This document shows, one piece after another, positions 1 through 8,830 of a DNA stretch of 34,290 nt. The position numbers and the translations under genes are program-made. Location of the stretch: contig CAWUOA010000002.1 in the NCBI GenBank assembly GCA_963923225.1, positions 1 to 34,290 of the forward strand, read 5' to 3'. The notes under the pieces were generated by a model. The model searched no databases. It was given only the letters and a program-made list of their open reading frames with translations, and was not told the DNA's origin. Positions within the stretch are counted from its first letter, which is position 1, and the number at the start of each line of letters is the position of its first letter. Origin of the DNA: an uncultured Planctomycetaceae bacterium. GTDB taxonomy: Bacteria; Planctomycetota; Planctomycetia; Pirellulales; UBA1268.

Positions 1-350
1 GCCGCGCTGCATGGATGGCGAAACTCGATGTGCGCGAGCAGGTCGGGATCGAGAATCTCCCGTGCAGCATCACCGACCGACCTGGAGCGATCGGCGTAGA
101 AAACCCCGCTTCTGTCGTAGGAAATCACTCGATAATCGCGACTGGCTCCCCCCGTTCGCGCCGCGACCTCGAGTGAGTGGCACAAGCTGGCCGACGAAAA
201 CCCGGAACCAGTGCCGATCTCCAAGACGACGGACGGCTTTTCCTCGAGGATGGACTCGCGCAGGAAAAGTCCCTCGCGGTACTCGATAGACCCTTTCACC
301 CATTGCGGGCGAGACTGAAAAAGGGTTGCGTACTCTGGATCGAAGGTCAT
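1..350 (-). CDS. class I SAM-dependent methyltransferase, partial (3' end lies beyond the window start)
   Basis: Own translation of the minus strand from ATG (complement of 348-350): MTFDPEYATLFQSRPQWVKGSIEYREGLFLRESILEEKPSVVLEIGTGSGFSSASL... It carries the glycine-rich motif I (VLEIGTGSG) of Rossmann-fold SAM methyltransferases. There is no stop before position 1, which is why it is absent from the ORF track. The frame stays open upstream to about 554, so the true start could lie further upstream (e.g. GTG near 450-458). Confidence 0.6.
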   Translation of the reverse strand, partial: MTFDPEYATLFQSRPQWVKGSIEYREGLFLRESILEEKPSVVLEIGTGSGFSSASLCHSLEVAARTGGASRDYRVISYDRSGVFYADRSRSVGDAAREILDPDLLAHIEFRHPCSA

Positions 351-555
351 GGTGGCGGTGCCGGCTTGGAGGGTGCCGAGAACGATTGCCGAGGAAGCGA
401 GCCCTTGCTGCCTGTTCGTGAAGATTCGATCGTCGAGCCCGCGGTTCGGCACGTTCACGTCAGCGGACTCACGCCTCGACCCATCACCGGCTCGCAGGGA
501 CCACCGGTCTCGCCGCGGTCGGATGCCTCTTCCTCGTGGGCGGCGATGACCCATC

Positions 556-930
556 TTAAGCGAGGTGCACGACGTTTCTCCTGAACCGACTGACGTCGGG
601 CACTTCGTCGAGGATCGGAATCACGGCGAACGGCGTCGCCGCATCGTAACACCCGCTTGACGCGAGCGTCACGGCAGCATCGGGGAGCGACACCGCCAGG
701 TGGAGCTCATCGCGTCCAGGGGCGAAAGTCATCTCCTCGAGGCGACACGTGAAGGCCATCCGCGGAGGCGTGAGCACGATCGACGGGACCGGATGACCGG
801 CACCGAGCGTCGCGATGGCCGGGTCTTCACCGGTGCGGACCTCGAAGCAAAGCGCGACTCCCTGAATCGGCTCGCGAACGGCGAGGACGACGTCGATGAC
901 CACGGGCGAACCGCACCTCCGCCGCGCCAT
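556..930 (-). CDS. hypothetical protein (possibly the 3' part of a frameshifted gene of about 170 codons)
   Basis: ORF track 556..930 (-). The product has ordinary amino-acid composition and G/C-rich third codon positions (VVIDVVLAVREPIQGVALCFEVRTGEDPAIATLGAGHPVPSIVL...), unlike the Arg/Pro-rich alternative frames. No family recognised. Start uncertain (ATG 930 or GTG 903). Confidence 0.45.
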   Translation of the reverse strand: MARRRCGSPVVIDVVLAVREPIQGVALCFEVRTGEDPAIATLGAGHPVPSIVLTPPRMAFTCRLEEMTFAPGRDELHLAVSLPDAAVTLASSGCYDAATPFAVIPILDEVPDVSRFRRNVVHLA

Positions 931-1550
931 CGCCGTTGGTCAACACCGTCTGAACATGGGCGACGAGGGCCGCAGGGGCCTCGGGATGGGACGTCGCACA
1001 GCGTTCGACGACTCCAGCCGCCGCGTCGGCGTCGCCGATGCGGTGCGTCGCCGGACGAGAAAGCAACGTCGGTCATCGGAGTGATCCTCATGGCGACCAG
1101 AAAATGGTCACCGAGGGGTTCCTCCGTCCTCCGCCTGCCAGTCAGAGACCGAGGGGCCCGACCTGCGGCACAGAGGCCGTCGCGTGGTCGCGAACCTCCC
1201 GGATCGGCCGCCGTGAAACGCACGTATGAGCGTAGAATCCAGGCCGTTCTTGACCATTCGTACGGCCTCGTTCACAACGGAGATCAGCGGTCCGCCGCTC
1301 GTTTTTCTTCCGACCGCTCGGCTTTCGGCCGGTCGAGGGGGTGATCGGGACGCTTCGCCCCCTGTCGATCTCGTGCCCCGGCCTGCTTCCGCCCGGCCCA
1401 CGCCTTCTCCCCCGACCGACGCTATGATCGGTCTCTCGGGGGACACGACGCGCCCCCCGCCAGCAGTCCCGGCGACTCGAGCGTCGGTCCGCGTCGAACG
1501 ACCCTGCGGCACGTCGCCGTCCTTCCTTCCACCTTCGCTCGGACCCTTCG

Positions 1551-1775
1551 ATGGCCAACACCGATCTCGATTGTCGCGGGCTGAGTTGTCCGGTGCCGAT
1601 CGTGCGGATTTCCCGCGCCATGAAGGAGATGCACTCCGGAGACACGCTGACCGTTCAGGCCAGTGACCCCTCCTTCGGAGCCGACATCGAGGCTTGGACG
1701 CGGAAACTCGGGCATCGGCTCGAATCGTTCGAGGACGTGGACGGAACGCAGACGGCCGTCATCCGGCACTCGTGA
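1551..1775 (+). CDS. tusA: TusA/SirA-family sulfurtransferase (sulfur carrier)
   Basis: 74-aa ORF MANTDLDCRGLSCPVPIVRISRAMKEM... The LSCPxP motif (Cys codon 1587-1589) and the small size are characteristic of TusA/SirA proteins. Confidence 0.85.
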   Translation: MANTDLDCRGLSCPVPIVRISRAMKEMHSGDTLTVQASDPSFGADIEAWTRKLGHRLESFEDVDGTQTAVIRHS

Positions 1776-1797
1776 CCCAGCTGGAGGAATCTCGCCC

Positions 1798-2406
1798 GTG
1801 AGCGATCACACGAACGCGGACCTCGAACGACTGATCGAGGCCGCCGTGGAGCGACGCCTCGGAGAGAGACTCGCGGCCATGGAAGGCGCGATCGCGGATC
1901 TCGGGAACCGCGTCCGGGGTCTGGGCGCGGACTGCCCCGAGGATCGCGCGACGCTGGTCGTCTTCAGCGGCGACATGGACAGGCTCTTCGCCGCGCTGAC
2001 GATCGCTTCGGGCGCGGCGGCGATGGGGATGACCGTTTCGCTGTTCTTCACGTTCTGGGCCCTCGCCGCACTCCGGGTGAAAACGACCTACTCCGGCAAG
2101 TCGTTCGGCCAGAAGATGGCCGGCTTCATGCTTCCCTCCGGCCCCGACGCCGTGCCGACCAGCCGCATGAACATGGGGGGCGTCGGCCCGGCGTTCTTCA
2201 AGATGCTCATGCGCCAGAAGAACGTGCAGTCGGTGCCGGACATGCTGGAGATGGTCCGGGAACTGGGCGTTCGCATCGTCGCCTGCGAGATGTCGATGGG
2301 GGTGATGGGGATCACGCGCGAGGAGCTCATCCCCGGTATCGACTACGGTGGCGTGGCGACCTACCTCGGTGACGCGGCCAAGTCGAAGATCACGCTGTTC
2401 GTGTGA
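1798..2406 (+). CDS. DsrE/DsrF-like (DrsE_2-type) sulfur relay protein with an N-terminal helical extension
   Basis: GTG 1798 sits 9 nt after GGAGGA (1783-1788). The C-terminal ~150 aa ([37 protein letters not shown] ... [15 protein letters not shown]) resemble the DsrE-like family that commonly neighbours TusA. Conserved Cys codon at 2284-2286. Confidence 0.8.
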   Translation: MSDHTNADLERLIEAAVERRLGERLAAMEGAIADLGNRVRGLGADCPEDRATLVVFSGDMDRLFAALTIASGAAAMGMTVSLFFTFWALAALRVKTTYSGKSFGQKMAGFMLPSGPDAVPTSRMNMGGVGPAFFKMLMRQKNVQSVPDMLEMVRELGVRIVACEMSMGVMGITREELIPGIDYGGVATYLGDAAKSKITLFV

Positions 2407-2419
2407 CCCCGAGGCGAGC

Positions 2420-4603
2420 ATGGTGCCCCGACAGGACGATCTCGAGCGTGAGGTGGCCTCGCTGCGGCGGCGCAACGAGGAGCTTTCCAGTCTCTCCACC
2501 TCCCTGGCCGAGGCGAACGCCAACGCCGCGGAGTTGATGGCCGCGCTCGAGGAGGCCAACGAGCGGGAACGCCAGCTCGTGGAGCGGGGCGAGGAGCTCG
2601 CCCTGCAGACCCGGCTCGACGAGATCCTCCAGGGTGAGCGCGACGAGACGACGCTCCTGGAGAACGTGGCGAAGGAGCTGCGGGCGACCGGCAGCCTCGG
2701 CTTTCACGGAGTGCGACCGGAGCTGCTCCGCGGTGGGGAATACTGCTTCATGCCCGAAGGGCGGATCGGGTACCTCACCGTGCGGGCCGAACTGCTCCCC
2801 ACGGAACCGGCGCTCGGCACGAAGCCGTCGCTCGTCCTCCCCGAGCCCGGGCAGGGCATCGATGGCTCGTTCGTCGTCCTCATCCATGCCGGCGAGCACC
2901 GCCTCGGGTTGTTTCACATCGACTCCCCGCCTCGGGACGCGCGTTGGTGTCGCCGCTGGGTGCCGCTCCTCAAGTCGTTCGGCTCCCAGGTCGGCGTCGC
3001 CATCCAAAGGCTCCGGGCGGAGGCGGCGAACGAACGGATCAACGCCGATCTGCTCCGGGCGCGGGACGCCGCCGTCGAGGCGAACTACGCCAAATCGATG
3101 TTCCTGGCCAACATGAGCCACGAACTGCGCACCCCGATGAACGCGATCATCGGCTACAGCGAGATGCTCATCGAGGAAATCGCGACGATGAGCGAGGGGG
3201 AGGTGCTCTCCGACCTGCGCAAGATCCACGGCGCGGGCCGGCACCTGCTGTCGCTCATCAACGACGTGCTCGACATCTCGAAGATCGAGAGCGGCAAGAT
3301 GACGCTCTACCTCGAGACGTTCGACGTTCGCGGCATGGTGGACGAGGTGGAGAGCACCGCACTGCCGCTGATGCGGGCCAAGGGGAACGGGCTGATCGTC
3401 ACCGTCGCCGCAGACGTCGGCCAGATGCACAGCGACCTGACCAAGGTCCGGCAGACGCTGTTCAATCTGCTGAGCAACGCGGCGAAGTTCACCGATCACG
3501 GCGACGTTCGCCTCGACGTCCGGCGGGAGTCCCGAGCGGGCCGGGAGACGCTCGAGTTCGAGGTCAGCGACACGGGCATCGGCATGACGGCCGAGCAACT
3601 CGGCAGGCTGTACGAGCCGTTCTCGCAGGCCGACGCGTCGACCACCCGGCGCTACGGGGGAACGGGACTCGGCCTGGCCATCAGCCGTCGCTTCTGCAGG
3701 ATGCTCGGCGGCGACGTCTCCGCCGAGAGCGAGCCGGGCCGCGGGTCGGTGTTCCGGGTCTCCCTCCCGGCGCTGGCGTCGGACGCACCGCCCTCCGCCC
3801 CCGTCGTCGGGACGACCGGCGAGCCGACCGGCCAGGAACGCCCCTGCGTGCTCGTCATCGACGACGATCCCTCGGTGCTCGACCTCATGAGACGCTATCT
3901 CGAGCGCGAGGGGTTCGCGGTGATGAGCGCGACGAACGGACGGGACGGGATAGCCCTGGCGAAGAAGCATCTTCCGATCGCGATCACGACGGACATCATG
4001 ATGCCGGAGATGGACGGCTGGTCGGTGATCGGCGCGCTGAAGAACGATCCCGCCACCGCCTCCATCCCGATCGTCGTGGTGACGATCACCGACAACCGGG
4101 AGATGGGCATCGCCCTGGGGGTCTCCGACTATCTCGCCAAGCCCGTGGACTGGGCGCGCCTGGGCAGGCTGATGTCGCGATTCCGGTCGCACCTTCCCGA
4201 ACATCCCGTCCTGGTCGTCGACGACGATCCCGCGTGCCGCGAGCAGGTGTGCAGGGCGCTGGCGCGGGACGGCTGGCAGGTCACCAGCGCCACCAACGGC
4301 CGGGAGGCGATCGAGGCCGCGGCCGCGAGGACTCCCGCGGTCGTCCTCCTCGACCTCATGATGCCGGAGATGGACGGCTTCGAGTTTCTCGGACGCTTCC
4401 GCGCCATGGCCGGCTGCAGGGACGTGCCGGTCGTCGTGGTCTCCGCACTCGATCTCACGCCGACTCAGCGATCCCGACTCGACAGCGACGTCGTGGAGTA
4501 CATCGGAAAATCCGGGTCTACCGCGGGGGACGTCGCGGTCTACCTCCGGGAGCGGCTCGGCGCGATCCGCGGCGACACCCATCCCCGGCCGTCCGCATCC
4601 TGA
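2420..4603 (+). CDS. hybrid sensor histidine kinase: coiled coil, GAF-like domain, HisKA, HATPase_c, REC, REC
   Basis: ATG 2420 ([22 protein letters not shown]...). H-box [16 protein letters not shown] (His codon 3119-3121). ATPase boxes [25 protein letters not shown]. Two receivers: [10 protein letters not shown] (Asp codon 3992-3994) and [10 protein letters not shown] (Asp codon 4352-4354). No transmembrane segment seen. Confidence 0.9.
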   Translation: MVPRQDDLEREVASLRRRNEELSSLSTSLAEANANAAELMAALEEANERERQLVERGEELALQTRLDEILQGERDETTLLENVAKELRATGSLGFHGVRPELLRGGEYCFMPEGRIGYLTVRAELLPTEPALGTKPSLVLPEPGQGIDGSFVVLIHAGEHRLGLFHIDSPPRDARWCRRWVPLLKSFGSQVGVAIQRLRAEAANERINADLLRARDAAVEANYAKSMFLANMSHELRTPMNAIIGYSEMLIEEIATMSEGEVLSDLRKIHGAGRHLLSLINDVLDISKIESGKMTLYLETFDVRGMVDEVESTALPLMRAKGNGLIVTVAADVGQMHSDLTKVRQTLFNLLSNAAKFTDHGDVRLDVRRESRAGRETLEFEVSDTGIGMTAEQLGRLYEPFSQADASTTRRYGGTGLGLAISRRFCRMLGGDVSAESEPGRGSVFRVSLPALASDAPPSAPVVGTTGEPTGQERPCVLVIDDDPSVLDLMRRYLEREGFAVMSATNGRDGIALAKKHLPIAITTDIMMPEMDGWSVIGALKNDPATASIPIVVVTITDNREMGIALGVSDYLAKPVDWARLGRLMSRFRSHLPEHPVLVVDDDPACREQVCRALARDGWQVTSATNGREAIEAAAARTPAVVLLDLMMPEMDGFEFLGRFRAMAGCRDVPVVVVSALDLTPTQRSRLDSDVVEYIGKSGSTAGDVAVYLRERLGAIRGDTHPRPSAS

Positions 4604-4620
4604 CCCCCGCGAGAACCTCC

Positions 4621-4995
4621 ATGCCGAGAATCCTCCTCGTCGAAGACAACGAACTCAATCGCGACATGCTCTCCCGCAGACTCGCGCGGAAGGGGTACGT
4701 CGTCACGGTGGCCGTCGACGGCGCGGAGGCGATCGACAAGGCGGGCAACGGGGAAGCGGACCTGATCCTGATGGACATGAACCTGCCGGTGATCGACGGA
4801 TGGGAGGCCGCCCGCAGGATCAGGTCGAGCGAGACCGCGGGCAGGATCCCCATCATCGCCTTGACCGCGCACGCGATGGCAGGCGACCGGGAGAAGGCGA
4901 TCTGGGCCGGCTGCAACGAATACGAGACGAAGCCGGTCGATTTCGAGCGTCTGCTGGCGAAGATCGAGGCCTTCCTCGGACCCCGACCGACATGA
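4621..4995 (+). CDS. single-domain response regulator (CheY-like receiver)
   Basis: MPRILLVEDNELNRDMLSRRLARKGYVV...LILMDMNLPVIDGW (Asp codon 4774-4776)...ALTAHAM...YETKPVDF. No output domain. The stop overlaps the next start (ATGA at 4992-4995). Confidence 0.9.
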   Translation: MPRILLVEDNELNRDMLSRRLARKGYVVTVAVDGAEAIDKAGNGEADLILMDMNLPVIDGWEAARRIRSSETAGRIPIIALTAHAMAGDREKAIWAGCNEYETKPVDFERLLAKIEAFLGPRPT

Positions 4996-6488
4996 CCCGT
5001 CAGCCGTCCTCGCTCGCGCACGAACTCCGCTCGCCACTCAATCAGATTCTCGGTTACTGCGAGATCGCGATCGAGGACGCGGAGGCCGCCGGCGTCGACG
5101 ATCTCGTCGCCGATCTGCAGCGGATCCACGACGCCGGCACGAGGCTTCTCGCCGTCGTGGAGTCGACCTTGGCGCCGTCGATCGCCTCGGTCGTCCCGCT
5201 CTCGGCCGACGTCATCGACCGGGAGGTCCGCGGTCCCGTCGACGCCATCGCCGGCTACGCCGATTTGGCCGGTGAGCGCGCGGCCGAGTGCGGGCTCGAC
5301 TCCACGGTGAGCGACCTCGCGAAGATCCGCGGCGCAGCCCACCGTCTTCTCGGGGTGGTCACCGCGAATCTCGGCGTCTCGCCGGTGACCGGGGCGCCGG
5401 CAGGCACCGACGGGCCGCCCCCGGAGGTCGGCCGCAGCCCGCTGGTGGGCGACATCCTCGTCGTCGACGACAACGCCGAGAACAGGGAGATTCTCTCACG
5501 CCGTCTCGGCCGGCTGGGCCATCGGGTGACCACCGCGGACGACGGACAGGAGGCGATCGAGAAGGCCGGTGCCGGCGCGTGCGACGTGATGTTGCTGGAT
5601 CTCCGCATGCCGCGCATGGACGGATTCTCGGTGCTCGAGCGGATGAAGGCCGACCCGAGGCTCCGGGACATCGCGGTCATCGTGCTGTCCGCGGCGGACG
5701 ACGCGGTGTCGGTGACGCGCTCGATCGCGCTCGGGGCCGAGGACCACCTGCGCAAGCCCGTCGATCCGGTGTTCCTCCGGACGCGGATCGGTGCGGCGCT
5801 GGAGAAGAAGCGTTTCGCCGACCGCGAGCGGGCCTACCTGCAGAAGATCGAGGAGGAGCGGGCCCGTTCCGACGCCCTGCTGGAAGTCATTCTGCCCGCG
5901 GACATCGCCGCCGAGTTGAAGTCCGAAGCGACGGTGCGTCCGCGGCGATTCGAGGACGTCGGGGTGCTTTTCTGCGACATCGTCGGCTTCACCTCCTACT
6001 CCGAACGAACGCCCCCCGAAGTGCTGCTGGAGCAATTGCAGAGTCTGGTCGAGGCCCAGGAGCGGGCCACCGAGAAGCACGGCCTGGAGAAGATCAAGAC
6101 GATCGGCGACGCGTTCCTGGCCGTGGCGGGGATCGGCCCGCCCATGGACACCGCGATGGCCTGCGTCCGCTGTGGATTGGACATGCTCGCCGCGGCGGCG
6201 AAGACCCCTCCGTTCTGGCAGTTGCGGATCGGCATCCACTGCGGCCCCGCGGTGGCTGGAGTGGTCGGTCGGAAGAAGTATCAGTACGACGTCTGGGGTG
6301 ACACCGTGAACACCGCCTCGAGGGTCGAGCACGCGGCGTCACCGGGCACGGTGTGCGTGACCAGGTCGACCTGGGATCGCATTTCGTCCCGTTGCCGGGG
6401 AGCGTCGCTCGGCAAGGTGGAGATGAAAGGCAAGTCTCCGACCGAAATCGTGAGGATCGAGGGAACGCCGGAGGAATGGGGGGAGTAG
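4992..6488 (+). CDS. two DHp/H-box-like repeats, REC, and a class III adenylate cyclase catalytic domain
   Basis: MTRQPSSLAHELRSPLNQILGY (His codon 5019-5021). REC with VMLLDLRMPRMDGF (Asp codon 5598-5600). Cyclase domain from about 5944: metal Asp residues in LFCDIVGFT and KTIGDAFLA, adenine-specifying Lys (EKIKTIGD) and Asp (YDVWGD), and transition-state NTASR. No HATPase_c boxes. Confidence 0.9.
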   Translation: MTRQPSSLAHELRSPLNQILGYCEIAIEDAEAAGVDDLVADLQRIHDAGTRLLAVVESTLAPSIASVVPLSADVIDREVRGPVDAIAGYADLAGERAAECGLDSTVSDLAKIRGAAHRLLGVVTANLGVSPVTGAPAGTDGPPPEVGRSPLVGDILVVDDNAENREILSRRLGRLGHRVTTADDGQEAIEKAGAGACDVMLLDLRMPRMDGFSVLERMKADPRLRDIAVIVLSAADDAVSVTRSIALGAEDHLRKPVDPVFLRTRIGAALEKKRFADRERAYLQKIEEERARSDALLEVILPADIAAELKSEATVRPRRFEDVGVLFCDIVGFTSYSERTPPEVLLEQLQSLVEAQERATEKHGLEKIKTIGDAFLAVAGIGPPMDTAMACVRCGLDMLAAAAKTPPFWQLRIGIHCGPAVAGVVGRKKYQYDVWGDTVNTASRVEHAASPGTVCVTRSTWDRISSRCRGASLGKVEMKGKSPTEIVRIEGTPEEWGE

Positions 6489-6515
6489 CGAGACGGGACA
6501 GGAACTCTCGACGGT

Positions 6516-6543
6516 GAGGATCGTGCCTGAAACGTCGATCCTC
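6516..6543 (+). terminator. hairpin 28 nt downstream of the cyclase stop (possible weak intrinsic terminator)
   Basis: Perfect 8-bp inverted repeat GAGGATCG (6516-6523) / CGATCCTC (6536-6543) with a 12-nt loop, followed by CGGCTTTCTCC, which is only a short T run. Confidence 0.3.
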
Positions 6544-6604
6544 CGGCTTTCTCCGCGCCGATCTCCCCTCGGAATCGTCCGTGCGGTCTCGGGAAGGCGA
6601 AATC

Positions 6605-7915
6605 ATGAAAACGACCGCGGCCGTTTGCCTGGCGGCAGCCTTGGTCGCCGCGTGTTCCCGGCCCGCGACGGCTCAATTCGGACCGTTCCTCACCGGCGCC
6701 GGTCCCGTCAACAGGTCGATGGCAGGAGCTTCCACCGCCGCTCCGCTCGACACGCTGGGAGCCTTTCTCTGGAATCCGGCCACGATCACCGCGCTGGAGA
6801 ACTCGGCGGACATCGGTCTGGAGGTTTTCCTCCCTTCGGCGACGCTTTCCTCGTCCGTCGACGCCAACGCCTTCGGACCCGGAGCGCCTCCGATGACGTT
6901 GTCGGGACGCACGGCGAGCCAGAGCGGCGCCTTTCCGATCCCGAACTTCGGCTTCGTCTACCGGCCCGACGACTCGCCGTGGTCGTACGGCGTCGGCCTG
7001 CTGACCCTCGCGGGATTCGGCGTCAACTATCCGGGGGATCCGTCGAATCCGCTCTTGTCACCGCAACCGCCCGACGGGTTCGGCGTCGGCCCGATCTATT
7101 CCCAGTACGCGCTGCTCCAGATCGTGCCGACGATCGCCCTGCAGGCGACGGACAGGCTCTCCCTCAGTTTCTCGCCGCTGATCGACATCGCCACGCTCAC
7201 CGTCGATCCGGGCATTCTGTCGTCGCCGGACATGGTCGGTGGATCTCCCGTCTACCCTCCGCTGACGCACGGGAGCTACCACTGGGGTGGAGGATTCATG
7301 CTGGGGGCGTGGTACCGCACCGACGTCGACTGGGACGTGGGCGTCTCCTACCGCAGCCTGCAGTCCTTCATTCCGTTCCAGTACGCCTCCCGGCGCCCCA
7401 ATGGCGAGCCGAGGACGGTCGATTTTCTGGTCGACGCACCCGCGACCGTGTCGCTCGGCACCGCCTACCGAGGCTTCGACCGTTGGCTCTTCGCGCTCGA
7501 TCTCCGCTATCTCGACTTCGCGTCCACGCCGCCCTATTCAGCCGCCGGATTCACCCCACAGGGCGCGGTGCGCGGGCTCGACGTCGAGAGCATGTTCGCC
7601 CTCGCCACCGGCGTCCAGTACCGCGTGAACGAGCGGGCGTCGATCCGGAGCGGTTACTCGTACTGCACGAAGCCGATCGGATCCGACCAGGCCTTCGCCA
7701 ACGTCGCCTCGCCGTTCGTCCTGCAGCACGCCGTCACCCTGGGCGGGACGTATGCGATCTCGGATCGTTTCGACGTGTCGTTGGCGTACGCGCACTTCTT
7801 CACCGGAAGCGTGAGCGGGCCTTGGCAGTCCCCCGCGGGTGCGATCCCTGGCACGAACGTCACCTCGACGCTCTCCGCCGACGCGGTCATCGCGGGCGTC
7901 GGGTTCGACTACTGA
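6605..7915 (+). CDS. outer-membrane transport protein, OmpP1/FadL/TodX family
   Basis: ATG 6605. Signal peptide MKTTAAVCLAAALVAACSRPATA-QF. N-terminal GAGPVNRSMAGASTAAPLDTLGAFLWNPATI motif typical of the FadL family. Alternating beta-strand-like sequence throughout and a C-terminal aromatic residue (GVGFDY). Confidence 0.75.
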   Translation: MKTTAAVCLAAALVAACSRPATAQFGPFLTGAGPVNRSMAGASTAAPLDTLGAFLWNPATITALENSADIGLEVFLPSATLSSSVDANAFGPGAPPMTLSGRTASQSGAFPIPNFGFVYRPDDSPWSYGVGLLTLAGFGVNYPGDPSNPLLSPQPPDGFGVGPIYSQYALLQIVPTIALQATDRLSLSFSPLIDIATLTVDPGILSSPDMVGGSPVYPPLTHGSYHWGGGFMLGAWYRTDVDWDVGVSYRSLQSFIPFQYASRRPNGEPRTVDFLVDAPATVSLGTAYRGFDRWLFALDLRYLDFASTPPYSAAGFTPQGAVRGLDVESMFALATGVQYRVNERASIRSGYSYCTKPIGSDQAFANVASPFVLQHAVTLGGTYAISDRFDVSLAYAHFFTGSVSGPWQSPAGAIPGTNVTSTLSADAVIAGVGFDY

Positions 7916-7940
7916 CTCGACGGCTGCGCCGACGCGTCGC

Positions 7941-8726
7941 TCACCCTGACCCGCCGGCCGACGAGCCCACCCAGGCGGTGCACCACCCGACGACCTCGAA
8001 CCCGACGGCGTCGTAGAGCGGCCGGCCGGCGTCGGTGGCCACCAGGAAGGCCTGCGAGGCGCCGGTCCGGAATCGCCGTGACAGGACGTGCGAAAGGCCC
8101 GCCCGGGCGATGCCTCGGCGACGCTGGGCCGGAGGAGTCGCCATCGACCAGACGCCCACCAGCGTCCCGAACGACGTGGTCTGGAGGCTCCCGACCGGTT
8201 CGTCGCCGTCGAGGACGAGTTCGACGGTGACGTCGCCGGCGTCGAGAAGCCCGGCCCCGAACACCTCGTCGAGCAGCGCCACCGGCAGGTCGAACGCCGC
8301 GGCGGTCACGCGGTTGGACGCGAGGAGGTCGGAGGGGGAGGTCGCCTGGCGTGTCGTGAAGCCGACGTCCACCCCGATCGGTCCCGGGAGGAGCGTCATC
8401 AGCGGCATCCGGGCGGCCGCGATCAACCCGACCTCCGCTGCGGCGGAGTGGGCGTCCGCCCCCGCCGAGTCGGCCACGAGCAGGATGCCCGGCAGGCCGC
8501 GTCGCCCGAGCGCCGCAGCCAACGCCCGCGTGGCCGCCGCGGCGTCGGGAGAGGCCCAGACCGCGCCGCAGTTGAGGTCCGGCGCGGCGGCTCCGGTCAT
8601 CGCGAGCATCCCTCCCGGCACCTTGACCAAGTCGAACCCCGCGGCCCCTTGGAACAGTCGTGCGAAGCCGCAGCCCACGGCCTGCCAGAGGAGGGTTTCG
8701 GCGTCGTTCGAAAGCACGTTCATCAT
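7941..8726 (-). CDS. GNAT-family N-acetyltransferase
   Basis: ATG at complement of 8724-8726, 8 nt after GGAGGA (complement of 8735-8740): MMNVLSNDAETLLW... The C-terminal half carries the acetyl-CoA motif (VWSMATPPAQRRRGIARAGL...LVATDAGRPLYDAVGFEVVG). Only the last 261 codons of the 731-aa ORF-track entry are believable. Confidence 0.75.
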   Translation of the reverse strand: MMNVLSNDAETLLWQAVGCGFARLFQGAAGFDLVKVPGGMLAMTGAAAPDLNCGAVWASPDAAAATRALAAALGRRGLPGILLVADSAGADAHSAAAEVGLIAAARMPLMTLLPGPIGVDVGFTTRQATSPSDLLASNRVTAAAFDLPVALLDEVFGAGLLDAGDVTVELVLDGDEPVGSLQTTSFGTLVGVWSMATPPAQRRRGIARAGLSHVLSRRFRTGASQAFLVATDAGRPLYDAVGFEVVGWCTAWVGSSAGGSG

Positions 8727-8793
8727 CGAGGCTTTCCTCCCACCGCGATTCGCGACGGGTTCACTCGAGGGGCATCCATCCATCGACCAGCCG

Positions 8794-8815
8794 GGTGCGG
8801 CGACGACGTCGCACC
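8794..8815 (-). terminator. GC-rich hairpin 16 nt downstream of the antiporter stop (possible terminator, no U-tract)
   Basis: GGTGCGGCG-ACGA-CGTCGCACC: 9-bp stem including one G-T pair, with a tetraloop. No T/A run on either side. Confidence 0.25.
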
Positions 8816-8830
8816 GTCGGCCAGCCCCGC

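Noticed and set aside
1311-1335. Hairpin CGACCG..CGGTCG next to a T-run, as a possible intrinsic terminator
   Set aside because: The T-run (1301-1310) lies upstream of the stem on the + strand, which makes it an A-run downstream on the - strand. The geometry is therefore wrong for a terminator in either direction.
1108-1512. 134-aa minus-strand ORF (and the 1226..1666 + ORF) as candidate genes upstream of tusA
   Set aside because: Gly/Arg/Ala/Ser low complexity over most of the length, and only moderate third-position GC. Only about 25 residues (LISVVNEAVRMVKNGLDSTLIRAFH) look protein-like, which is not enough to call a CDS.
2390-4582. Other long antisense or out-of-frame ORFs: 2390..4582 (-), 2944..4995 (+), 12589..14778 (-), 12798..14375 (-), 15086..17635 (-), 20593..22011 (-), 20636..22633 (-), 26543..29206 (-), 29203..30909 (-), 30851..32620 (-)
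   Set aside because: Same reasoning. They have Arg/Pro/Gly-dominated composition and overlap well-supported genes on the opposite strand or in another frame. None has catalytic or structural motifs.
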